Origin: Calditrichales bacterium
Lineage (GTDB): Bacteria; Calditrichota; Calditrichia; Calditrichales; J004
Reading direction: 5' to 3'
Length of the DNA: 64,000 nucleotides
Assembly (NCBI GenBank): GCA_965267575.1
Contig: OZ254086.1
Location: 2,144,001 to 2,208,000, forward strand
The notes below the pieces were generated by a model. The model was not told the DNA's origin. It made no database searches and worked only from the letters and a program-made list of their open reading frames with translations. The position numbers and the translations under genes were made by a program. This document shows positions 38,568 through 46,937 of this stretch, in pieces. Every line of letters begins with the position of its first letter. The first letter of the stretch is position 1.

Positions 38568-39224
38568 GTGAACAAAGAAGCAACCATCGACAGGCAGCAT
38601 TATTACGATCGTAAATACCTGCGGCGGGAACGCATGTTCTCTTTCGTGGAGCAGATCGAGCTGGTAAAAGAGTACGTCCGGCAGGACGACAGTATCGTGG
38701 AAATAGGCAAGGGCAACGGTTTTGTGCAATCTTTTTTGCAGACTTACCTGGGCTATGATGTTAAAACGGTTGACGTGAACGAATCGCTGCAGCCGGAAAT
38801 AGTGGACGATATCGTTAATCCGCAAAAGCTAAAACCCAAAAGCTGCGACGTTGTTTTATGCTACGAGGTGCTGGAGCATATGCCTTTTGAACAATCGGTT
38901 AAGGCGGTGCGCAACATGGCTGATATTGCCCGGCGTTATGTAATTATTTCGCTACCGGATATGCGTTACTTTTTCTCTTTGCGTGCTGTTTTGTTTGGAA
39001 CGCTGCCCGTCAGCTTTGCCCGCCTGCTCTCCACGCGCCGTTTTCGTAAGCGCAGCAAAAAGTTCGGCGATGACCATCACTGGGAGATCGGCATTGAGTG
39101 GGGTGGCACCGAGTACAGCGAAGAGTACGTTTGCCGAGAGTTGTTTAAAGATCTGAAACTGGAAAAGCACTATCGTGATATCCACGTACCCTGGCATCAC
39201 TATTTTGTTGTACGCGTTGGCTGA
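38568..39224 (+). CDS. Class I SAM-dependent methyltransferase
   Basis: IVEIGKGNG, DVVLCYEVLEHMP, HHWEIG. Confidence 0.85.
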   Translation: MNKEATIDRQHYYDRKYLRRERMFSFVEQIELVKEYVRQDDSIVEIGKGNGFVQSFLQTYLGYDVKTVDVNESLQPEIVDDIVNPQKLKPKSCDVVLCYEVLEHMPFEQSVKAVRNMADIARRYVIISLPDMRYFFSLRAVLFGTLPVSFARLLSTRRFRKRSKKFGDDHHWEIGIEWGGTEYSEEYVCRELFKDLKLEKHYRDIHVPWHHYFVVRVG

Positions 39225-39381
39225 TTTTAGGATAAATCGAAAAGAGCTAAGAATTGCTCCCGGTCAGTCCGGGTCAGGGCCAAAAAAAATAAACACCTAT
39301 TTTTTACTATGTTAATTCCATAATCCTGTCCGATGATTGTTCATCAAATGTCAAATTATTTAACAAATATTGCTGTAAGCC

Positions 39382-40827
39382 ATGCCCGATTTTAATGACA
39401 TACAGAAAAAGTCCGGACAGGGTATCAAGTGGGTTGGCTTTATTGAGCTTTTTACCCGCATCATTCAGTATATCACCACCATCGTACTGGCCCGCCTGCT
39501 TACACCGGAAGACTTTGGCGTTATCGGTATTGCCCTGGTTTTTACGCAGCTGGCCATGGTCCTTTTCGATTTCGGCTTTTCCAGCGCCCTGATCCAGAAA
39601 AAAGAATTGCGCAGGGGGCATCTGACGACGGCGTTTTCGCTCTATTTGTTGCTCATCGTTTTTTACGCCTTGGCTTTTTACCTGGCTGCCCCGTTCGTTG
39701 CGGCCTTTTTTGAGATCGCCGTTTTGGAAAGTGTTCTGGTTTGGCTGATTGCTATGCTGTTTTTTTATGCGTTCAGCGCGCTTCCGTCGGTTTTGCTGCA
39801 ACGGGATATGCGCTTTAAGCAGCTTAGTCTGGCACAATTCAGCTCTGCGGTAGTTTATGCCGCTGTAGCCATGGCGGCGGCGTTTTCGGGATTTGGCGTC
39901 TGGAGCTTTGTTTACGCCATCATCAGCGAGCAGCTTGCCTTATCGGTGATTTTGATTGTTTTGTCCGGCTGGCGTCCGGCCATTGGTTTTGACAGGGCGG
40001 CTTTTGATGATGTTTTTAGTTTTGGCAGCCACGTTATGGGTACGCGCATCGTCGCCTTTATAAACGCCCAGGCGCCCAGCTTTGTCATCGGCAAGATGTT
40101 GGGGGCAACTGCTCTGGGGTACTACCAGATCGCCTACCAGCTCATCGATTTTCCGGTGCAGAGAATTTCCAAGAATGTGCTGCGGGTTATGTTTCCCGCC
40201 TTTTCAAAACTACAGGACAAAAAAGAAGAGTTCGTATTGCTCTATAAGCGTGTCACATACTATCTGAATCTCATTCTAATGCCGCTTTTCCTGCTGCTGG
40301 CGCTTACCGCACGTGACCTTGTGCCTCTGCTATACGGCCCCGCCTGGCTTGATGCGATCGTACCTTTGCAGATATTATGTGTGGCCGGTTTTGCGCGCAG
40401 CTTGTGGACAACGGCAAGCGTTATTTTTCTTTCGCAGGGCAGACCCGGGTTGGAGTTTAAAATTAATCTCGGTTTTTCGATTGTATTGATTCCCGCCTTA
40501 ATTTTCGCAGCCACACTTTCGCTTGACTGGGTAGCTCTGGCGTTGTCGCTTTGTGTTGCCATGTTCCTGCTACTGGCGCTCTACCGTTCCTGGCGGATTG
40601 TGGGATTAACGATACGCAGCATGTGGCCGCAGTACGCGACGGCCGTTTACAGCAGTTTGTTACTGGCTGTTGCTTTGGCTGCTTTTCAAATGTTTTTCCT
40701 GAATTTTGCCCCCCTGATTAATGTAATCATCACAATTTGCGGTGCTTTAATCGTGTACGTTTTAGTACTTTATATTTTTGACAGGAAAATAATAAAACAG
40801 GCTGTTCAATTTGTGGGGATGCGCTGA
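39382..40827 (+). CDS. wzx: Wzx-type flippase (WzxC-like) #2
   Basis: LARLLTPEDFG, GFSSALIQ, GFGVWS, IGKMLG..ALGYY, FPAFSKLQD. Confidence 0.9.
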   Translation: MPDFNDIQKKSGQGIKWVGFIELFTRIIQYITTIVLARLLTPEDFGVIGIALVFTQLAMVLFDFGFSSALIQKKELRRGHLTTAFSLYLLLIVFYALAFYLAAPFVAAFFEIAVLESVLVWLIAMLFFYAFSALPSVLLQRDMRFKQLSLAQFSSAVVYAAVAMAAAFSGFGVWSFVYAIISEQLALSVILIVLSGWRPAIGFDRAAFDDVFSFGSHVMGTRIVAFINAQAPSFVIGKMLGATALGYYQIAYQLIDFPVQRISKNVLRVMFPAFSKLQDKKEEFVLLYKRVTYYLNLILMPLFLLLALTARDLVPLLYGPAWLDAIVPLQILCVAGFARSLWTTASVIFLSQGRPGLEFKINLGFSIVLIPALIFAATLSLDWVALALSLCVAMFLLLALYRSWRIVGLTIRSMWPQYATAVYSSLLLAVALAAFQMFFLNFAPLINVIITICGALIVYVLVLYIFDRKIIKQAVQFVGMR

Positions 40828-42057
40828 TTGGAAAAAGAATCCGCTGTTTACGATGTAGCGATAGTCGGCGCAGGTCCTGCCGGTTCTGCCGCGGCGATCA
40901 GCTGCCGCCGGCAAGGCCTTAGCTCGGTGCTGATTGACAAGGCCGCTTTCCCGCGTGACAAATTGTGCGGCGATGGAATTCCGCTAAAAACCTTTAACCT
41001 GCTGCAGGAATTGGGTTTTGAGGAAAAACATCTTTTCTTGAAGGGCTATAAAATAAGCCGTCTCAAGGTATGGTCACCGGATTGTAAGTTGGTTGAATAC
41101 GGAGATGTAAAGCCCGATGCCAGCACAAAGAGCGGCTGTATTCCGCGCTATTTTTTTGATCACATGCTTTATCAGAAAGCAGCCGAACAAGCAAACAAGG
41201 TACTCGATAATCATAAGCTTGAAAAACTGGAACAGAAAAACGGCTATTATAGCCTGACGCTTAAATCGCTTCGTCACAACAAAACGGCGGAAATCAATGC
41301 GCGCTTTGTTCTTGGCGCTGACGGAGCCAATTCCTTTGTGGCAAGAACCGCGGGTATGTTGCCGCGCGACCAGCAACATCATTTTGATGGCTTGCGCTGG
41401 TATTATGGCGGCAAAAAATTTGATTCAAGCGTGCACCTTTTTTATGATAAGCGCGCTCTACCCGGTTATGTCTGGGTATTTCCGGTTGCCGAAGATAAGG
41501 CCAACGTGGGCATTATGACCGACAAACGGCATAAGCGGGATGGAAAAACAATCCGTGATCTTTTTCTGGAAATCCTTGAAAACAATCCCCGTTTAAAGGA
41601 GTTATTGGATGGAGCCCAACCGCTGGATAATATCAAAGGTGCTCCGCTTCCGTTAGGCACATTGCCGGGCTCCAGAATAAAAGATGGCATTTTACTGATT
41701 GGTGACGCGGCGGCCTTTATTAATCCCGTAACGGGAGGGGGTATTTACTTCGCCGTCGCCAGTGGCATAAAGGCGGCAGAGTTTTGTGCCTCAGCCATTG
41801 ATGATAATGGAGGGGCAAATTATAAGGCGCTTTTGCCATATGAGGCATGGTGGCGAAAAGAGATTCTGCCCGGATTTGAGTATTCGGGCTGGTTGAAAAA
41901 ACGTTTTGAATCGCTGATGTTTACGCGCTTCTTCTTAAATGCGGCATCACGGTTAAAGCCGTTCGCCAATTTTTTTATTATGGTTTACGGAAGGCCGTTG
42001 CCGAAACATGCCTTCAGACACCCGTTTTTTTGGCTTAAGGTCATGTTAACACGCTAG
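40828..42057 (+). CDS. Geranylgeranyl-reductase-family FAD oxidoreductase #1
   Basis: DVAIVGAGPAG, FPRDKLCGDG, GADG, PGYVWVFP, GDAA..INP.TGGGI. Confidence 0.85.
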   Translation: MEKESAVYDVAIVGAGPAGSAAAISCRRQGLSSVLIDKAAFPRDKLCGDGIPLKTFNLLQELGFEEKHLFLKGYKISRLKVWSPDCKLVEYGDVKPDASTKSGCIPRYFFDHMLYQKAAEQANKVLDNHKLEKLEQKNGYYSLTLKSLRHNKTAEINARFVLGADGANSFVARTAGMLPRDQQHHFDGLRWYYGGKKFDSSVHLFYDKRALPGYVWVFPVAEDKANVGIMTDKRHKRDGKTIRDLFLEILENNPRLKELLDGAQPLDNIKGAPLPLGTLPGSRIKDGILLIGDAAAFINPVTGGGIYFAVASGIKAAEFCASAIDDNGGANYKALLPYEAWWRKEILPGFEYSGWLKKRFESLMFTRFFLNAASRLKPFANFFIMVYGRPLPKHAFRHPFFWLKVMLTR

Positions 42058-42077
42058 AAATTTTATGGAAAAGGTAT

Positions 42078-44354
42078 ATGCGAATTAAGTTATTAGTTTT
42101 TACAATTGTCTTAATTGTTTCTGCTTCTTATGCACAAGACCCGGTAAACTGGACACGCAATATCATACCAAGTACCATTGACGGTGCCAAGAAGAATTTT
42201 GTTATTAATCTCGACAGTGATGCGTCGAAAAATATGGATATTATTGTGACGGCAAATCCTGAAGCAGGCTCATCGGAGAATGGCTCGCTTGTTAACGTCG
42301 TGTGGTTTAAAAATACCGGTGATGAAGTTTTCCAGCAGTTAAATATTGATTTTTACCATGTACAGGCCCGCGCGCTCGCCGCCGGCGATTTAACAGGAAA
42401 TGGTTATCCTGACGTAGTTGTTGGTTCCCGTTCTGTGGATAGCAGCCTGGTCTGGTATGAAAACGACGGAACACCTGATGTTGGAGCATGGACAAAGCAT
42501 CATCTTGGCGGACCCGCGCCTTTTAATTACGTTGCACACATACTGGATATGGATAACGACGGCGATCTTGATATTCTGGATGGCATGGGTGATGACGTTG
42601 TAAGCGGTACCTCGGTGACGGACGTTTTGCGCTGGTTTGAAAATGACGGATCGGGCAATTTTACGGAAAGAGTAATAGCTAACTATCCCACACCCAGCGG
42701 TATTGCGTATGGCGATTATGATGGTGACGGTGATGTGGATGTATTCGGCATGGCCTGGACAAATCCGTCGTCAACTATAGTAACCGCCGATGAGGACGTG
42801 CGCTGGTGGTCCAACGATCCCGGTGAAACATGGACGCAGCAGCAGCTTGTGCAACAAACATATGGCGGCAACGATGCCGTTTCCGCTGATGTTGATGGAA
42901 ACGGTACGCTCGATGTTGTCGGCGCCGGATACAAGATTAACACGGTGGACTGGTGGTCCAACGACGGAACGGGAACGTTTGGTTCAGTGAACGTGGTTGA
43001 TAATAATTTTACGCATACCCGTAATGTCGCCGCCGCAGATATTGATGGTGACGGTGATATGGACCTTACGGCCACAGCCGACGTGGACAATCAGATAAAC
43101 TGGTATGAAAACGATGGCAATGAGAATTTTACCGAACACCAGGTTAATGATAATTTTACTTTTGCTTATTTTGTAACACCGTTTGATTTGGACGGCGATG
43201 GCGATATTGATCTTGTTGGTACGGCGCAGGACCAGGACAGTGTTGTTTGGTGGGAGAGCGATCTCGCCGACGAACAGTCGCTGGCATCTGGAGATCCACC
43301 GGCAACGGGATTTGTAAACAATAAAGTAGTAATCGATTATCAGTCGGGTTTTTCAGGCGGCAATACATCGGTTTTTTACAACCAGGGTGAAAATAGCGAT
43401 CGCAATCTCCTTGGCGGCGGAGTGGACCATATCGCCCTTAGCGGTTACTATACTATAAAGACAACGGCTTCAGCATATACGGCGGATATTAAGTTCAGCT
43501 ACGCCGGCATCAGCGAGTGGTCGGCGATAAATAATGAGGCGGATCTGCGCATGGTTGCCTGGGATGAAGACGCGGGAGCAAACGGACAATGGGAAATAAT
43601 CGGCTCTACCCTGCAGACTATTGACGAAGTCAATGATACAATCACTGTTACGGGATTGACAAGCGAGCTGAGTAAATATTCTCTGTTCACACTGGCTTCT
43701 GTATCTCAGGATAATGCGTTGCCGGTTGAGCTGGTTGCGTTTACAGGGCGTGCCGGGCAAAAAGGCATCACGCTAACGTGGGAAACGGCCAGTGAAATTA
43801 ACAACCTGGGCTTTGAATTGTGGCGGCGTTCGCTTGCCGACAGCACGTTCCGGCCCGTTGCAAGCTACCGTGATATGGAATCTCTCAAAGGGCTGGGTAC
43901 CAGAAGCTATGGGCAGGAATACACATTTACCGATGCCAACGTTCAAAACGGCGAGCGTTATACATACCGCCTGTATGATGTGGACTATAACGGAAAACGT
44001 TATAAGCATCGTGAGATAAAAGTTGATAATGTTGACAAGTCTTTGGTAAGGGTGATCAATGGTCCGGAAGATTTTGCTTTGCAGCAGAATTATCCCAACC
44101 CGTTTAACGGCCGCACGGTGATTGAATTTAAGGTGCCAGAAGCATTGGCAGGAGAGACGGTTTCATTGCTCGTTTTTGATGAGACCGGTCGAAAGGTGCG
44201 CGAACTGTATAACAGGAGCCTGGTGCCCGGCAGTTACATGATATCCTGGGACGGCAGCAGTGAAAACGGAAGCCCCGTGGCAAGCGGAATGTATATTTAT
44301 CAATTGAAGATCGGCAGCTATTCTGTTGCCAAACGTATGACCTTAATCAAATAA
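42078..44354 (+). CDS. Secreted FG-GAP/VCBS-repeat beta-propeller protein with T9SS-type-A/FlgD-like CTD
   Basis: Signal peptide; about seven D.DGDGD.D repeats each followed by W(Y/F)ENDG; LPVEL..F linker, WETASE.NN.GF, LQQNYPNPFN…ASGMYIY…MTLIK. Confidence 0.85.
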   Translation: MRIKLLVFTIVLIVSASYAQDPVNWTRNIIPSTIDGAKKNFVINLDSDASKNMDIIVTANPEAGSSENGSLVNVVWFKNTGDEVFQQLNIDFYHVQARALAAGDLTGNGYPDVVVGSRSVDSSLVWYENDGTPDVGAWTKHHLGGPAPFNYVAHILDMDNDGDLDILDGMGDDVVSGTSVTDVLRWFENDGSGNFTERVIANYPTPSGIAYGDYDGDGDVDVFGMAWTNPSSTIVTADEDVRWWSNDPGETWTQQQLVQQTYGGNDAVSADVDGNGTLDVVGAGYKINTVDWWSNDGTGTFGSVNVVDNNFTHTRNVAAADIDGDGDMDLTATADVDNQINWYENDGNENFTEHQVNDNFTFAYFVTPFDLDGDGDIDLVGTAQDQDSVVWWESDLADEQSLASGDPPATGFVNNKVVIDYQSGFSGGNTSVFYNQGENSDRNLLGGGVDHIALSGYYTIKTTASAYTADIKFSYAGISEWSAINNEADLRMVAWDEDAGANGQWEIIGSTLQTIDEVNDTITVTGLTSELSKYSLFTLASVSQDNALPVELVAFTGRAGQKGITLTWETASEINNLGFELWRRSLADSTFRPVASYRDMESLKGLGTRSYGQEYTFTDANVQNGERYTYRLYDVDYNGKRYKHREIKVDNVDKSLVRVINGPEDFALQQNYPNPFNGRTVIEFKVPEALAGETVSLLVFDETGRKVRELYNRSLVPGSYMISWDGSSENGSPVASGMYIYQLKIGSYSVAKRMTLIK

Positions 44355-44380
44355 GGCAGAAATATATCTGCTATTTTATG

Positions 44381-44412
44381 GGCCTGTAAATTTTATTTGC
44401 AGGCCTTTTTTT
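44381..44412 (+). terminator. Rho-independent terminator
   Basis: GGCCTGTAAAT-ttt-ATTTGCAGGCC stem followed by T7, 27 nt after the stop. Confidence 0.8.
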
Positions 44413-44483
44413 GTTTGAATTATGAAATAAAGGCAGCTTTGGCGCTGCCGATTATGGAGTAGTTTAGGGAGCACTTTAGCCGG

Positions 44484-45680
44484 ATGTTAAAAACATACTA
44501 TGATGTAGTAATCGCCGGGGCGGGTATTGCCGGCTCTGTGTTGGGAAAGCTTCTCGCGGAGCAGGGTAAGTCGGTATTGTTGGTGGAGAAAGACAGCTAC
44601 TCCGGAAAAACTTCCGCCTGCGGTGGACTGTTCGACAAGCCCTATTTTGACAAATATGTAACGGACCCGGCCGTGATGGAACAACACATACGGCGCAATA
44701 CGTTTGTCATGCCCTGGGGCCAGGTCACTTATGATTGTGATCAGGTCACTGTGAAGCGCCGTGTCTTTGACCGGCATCTGGCGGAAAACGCCAAAAAGGC
44801 GGGTGCTCATCTGGTGAACCAGGTAAAGGTAACGGAATGGGAGGTTAAGGAACCCGGAGAGGTCATTGTAGCCGTCCGGGATTTAAAAACCAAGGAGACA
44901 CACAGCATAAGCTGCCGTGTTATTGCATTTGCCGACGGACCGCATACGCTGGCAAAAAACAATCCACTTTTTGACTATACACCAAACCGGCCGTATTGGG
45001 CCTATGCCTATGCTTATGAAGTGGATTGCGTGCCCTTCGACGGTGACGAAATGCGTATTTACCTTGACCCGAAACTTTTCCCATGGGGCTATGGTTGGAT
45101 TTTTCCCAACAAAAATGAATCCAATATAGGGGTCGGAACGATTCAATCGGAGATAGACAAGGGCATAAAGGTTAAAGATCAATTTATCAGTTTTATTGAG
45201 CATTATGAGCCAACGGCGCCCATGTTGCGCGACAGTGCCGTGGTGGATAAAAAAGGCGGCTTTATCCCGATGTGGCTTATCAAACATTTTTCGGATACCT
45301 CACAAATCGTTCTTGGTGACGCGGGCGGTATGGTGAGTCCCCTTTTTGGTGCCGGGATCGACTACTCCATTGATGCCGCTGAAGCCGCAGCCGCAACGAT
45401 TGCACAGGCTTTTGAAAAAAATGACTTTTCCTCCGGTGAGTTAAGCTCTTATGATCGTGCTCTGGAAAACGGTTTTCTGAAGGATCTGAAAAAACAGATG
45501 TTGATAGCAAAGATCATTATCGCCAGTATACGCTGGCGTTTTAATTTGCCGATTAAGGTGCTGGCCGTGATCGCATTTGGCGCCAAATATACACGCTGGA
45601 ACAAGATCAGGATTTTACTCAATCCTTTTTTGGGAAAACCGGCGGTTCGTTCGACTGAAGAAATTCTTGCACATAAATAA
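44484..45680 (+). CDS. Geranylgeranyl-reductase-family FAD oxidoreductase #2
   Basis: DVVIAGAGIAG, ACGG, R..FD..L, ADG, PWGYGWIFP, GDAGGMVSPLFGAGI. Confidence 0.8.
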   Translation: MLKTYYDVVIAGAGIAGSVLGKLLAEQGKSVLLVEKDSYSGKTSACGGLFDKPYFDKYVTDPAVMEQHIRRNTFVMPWGQVTYDCDQVTVKRRVFDRHLAENAKKAGAHLVNQVKVTEWEVKEPGEVIVAVRDLKTKETHSISCRVIAFADGPHTLAKNNPLFDYTPNRPYWAYAYAYEVDCVPFDGDEMRIYLDPKLFPWGYGWIFPNKNESNIGVGTIQSEIDKGIKVKDQFISFIEHYEPTAPMLRDSAVVDKKGGFIPMWLIKHFSDTSQIVLGDAGGMVSPLFGAGIDYSIDAAEAAAATIAQAFEKNDFSSGELSSYDRALENGFLKDLKKQMLIAKIIIASIRWRFNLPIKVLAVIAFGAKYTRWNKIRILLNPFLGKPAVRSTEEILAHK

Positions 45681-45697
45681 GGAAAGAGATTTTTATT

Positions 45698-46798
45698 ATG
45701 CAGCAACGCACAAAGAAGAAAGTTCAGCTGCTTTCAAAAATACCGCAAATACAAAAATTCTATCACTTAAAAGGGGGGCAGGCGCCATTACCGATCAATA
45801 TAACGATCAGCCTGCTCTATTCCTGCAATTCGCGTTGTATGACCTGCAACGTTTACGAAAAGCGGGTAAATAACTTTACGGTGGATGAATACGCCAAAAC
45901 CTTTGAAGGCATCGGTCATGCGCCTTACTGGTTCACATTCAGCGGCGGAGAGCCCTTTTTGCGCAAGGATATTGTCGATTGCATCAAGGCCGCTTATGAC
46001 CATTGCCGGCCGGGGATTATTAATATTCCGACCAATGGGAGCCTGTACAAGGTTATCCCGGAGCGGGTTGAGGCCATGGTTGAATACTGCAAAGATTCGG
46101 ACGTTATTATCAACCTGTCCTTAGATGAAATAGGTGAAGAGCACGACCGCATCCGCGGCTTTCCCGGCAACTGGGAGCGGGCGATGAAGACATACGAGGA
46201 GCTTAAAAAGCTGCGCCGCTATGATAATTTTACCCTGGGCATCCATACAGTAATTTCCAACTTCAATGTGGATCGCTTTCCCGAAATCTACAAGGAGCTT
46301 ATCCAGCTTACGCCCGATTCCTATATTACAGAGATTGCTGAAGAGCGCGTTGAATTAGGCACCATGGAGCAGCCGATCACGCCCTCGGCGGCCAAGTATC
46401 ACACGGCGATAGATTTTTTAACCGGTCAGATGGATAAATCAAAACGTAAAGGCGTGGCCAAAATCGCCGGTGCTTTTCGCCTGGAATATTACAAGATGGT
46501 GAAGCAATTCCTGATGCGTGGCGAACAGATCGTTCCCTGCATGGCCGGCATTGCCTCTTGCCAGATTTCCCCGGATGGTGATGTCTGGCCCTGCTGCATC
46601 CGCGCCGATTCCATGGGTAATCTGCGTGAAAATAACTATGATTTTAAAAAGGTCTGGAACAGCCGTTCGGCGGGCAAAATACGATCGAGCATTAAAAACA
46701 GGGAATGCGCCTGCCCGTTGGCTAACGCCAGTTATACCAACCTGCTCATTTCTCCGAAATCACTGAGCAAAGTTGTGGGACGGCTGGCCACAGGCTGA
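45698..46798 (+). CDS. Radical SAM enzyme with SPASM/twitch domain
   Basis: CNSRCMTC (CxxxCxxC), SGGEPFLR, SLD, C.AG….ISPDGDVWPC, MGNL, distal CAC. Confidence 0.9.
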   Translation: MQQRTKKKVQLLSKIPQIQKFYHLKGGQAPLPINITISLLYSCNSRCMTCNVYEKRVNNFTVDEYAKTFEGIGHAPYWFTFSGGEPFLRKDIVDCIKAAYDHCRPGIINIPTNGSLYKVIPERVEAMVEYCKDSDVIINLSLDEIGEEHDRIRGFPGNWERAMKTYEELKKLRRYDNFTLGIHTVISNFNVDRFPEIYKELIQLTPDSYITEIAEERVELGTMEQPITPSAAKYHTAIDFLTGQMDKSKRKGVAKIAGAFRLEYYKMVKQFLMRGEQIVPCMAGIASCQISPDGDVWPCCIRADSMGNLRENNYDFKKVWNSRSAGKIRSSIKNRECACPLANASYTNLLISPKSLSKVVGRLATG

Positions 46799-46879
46799 CA
46801 TGTAAAATAATTGTACAAGGGATTAAACCCTTTTAATACAGCTTAGCCTATTTCTTTTGTTATAGCTCAATTTTGGTTT

Positions 46880-46895
46880 TGGCATTTTAGTTGCA
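46880..46895 (+). promoter_or_regulatory. Sigma-54 (-24/-12) promoter
   Basis: TGGCAT-TTTAG-TTGCA matches the consensus TGGCAY-N5-TTGCW and lies 42 nt before the PorV ATG. An upstream TGT-N11-ACA (46801-46817) resembles an enhancer-binding-protein site. Confidence 0.7.
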
Positions 46896-46937
46896 TTAAG
46901 GCGGCTAAACAATATGTAACCAAACGGATGTGGGAAT

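Noticed and set aside
39259-39281. Short GGTCAG direct repeat in the gap before wzx #2
   Set aside because: Only two 6-mers, consistent with chance; no array or terminator structure.
28228-45680. Complete archaeal-type ether lipid pathway
   Set aside because: No GGGP synthase (PcrB), G1P dehydrogenase or CarS is seen here. It is kept only as one hypothesis pending a genome-wide search.
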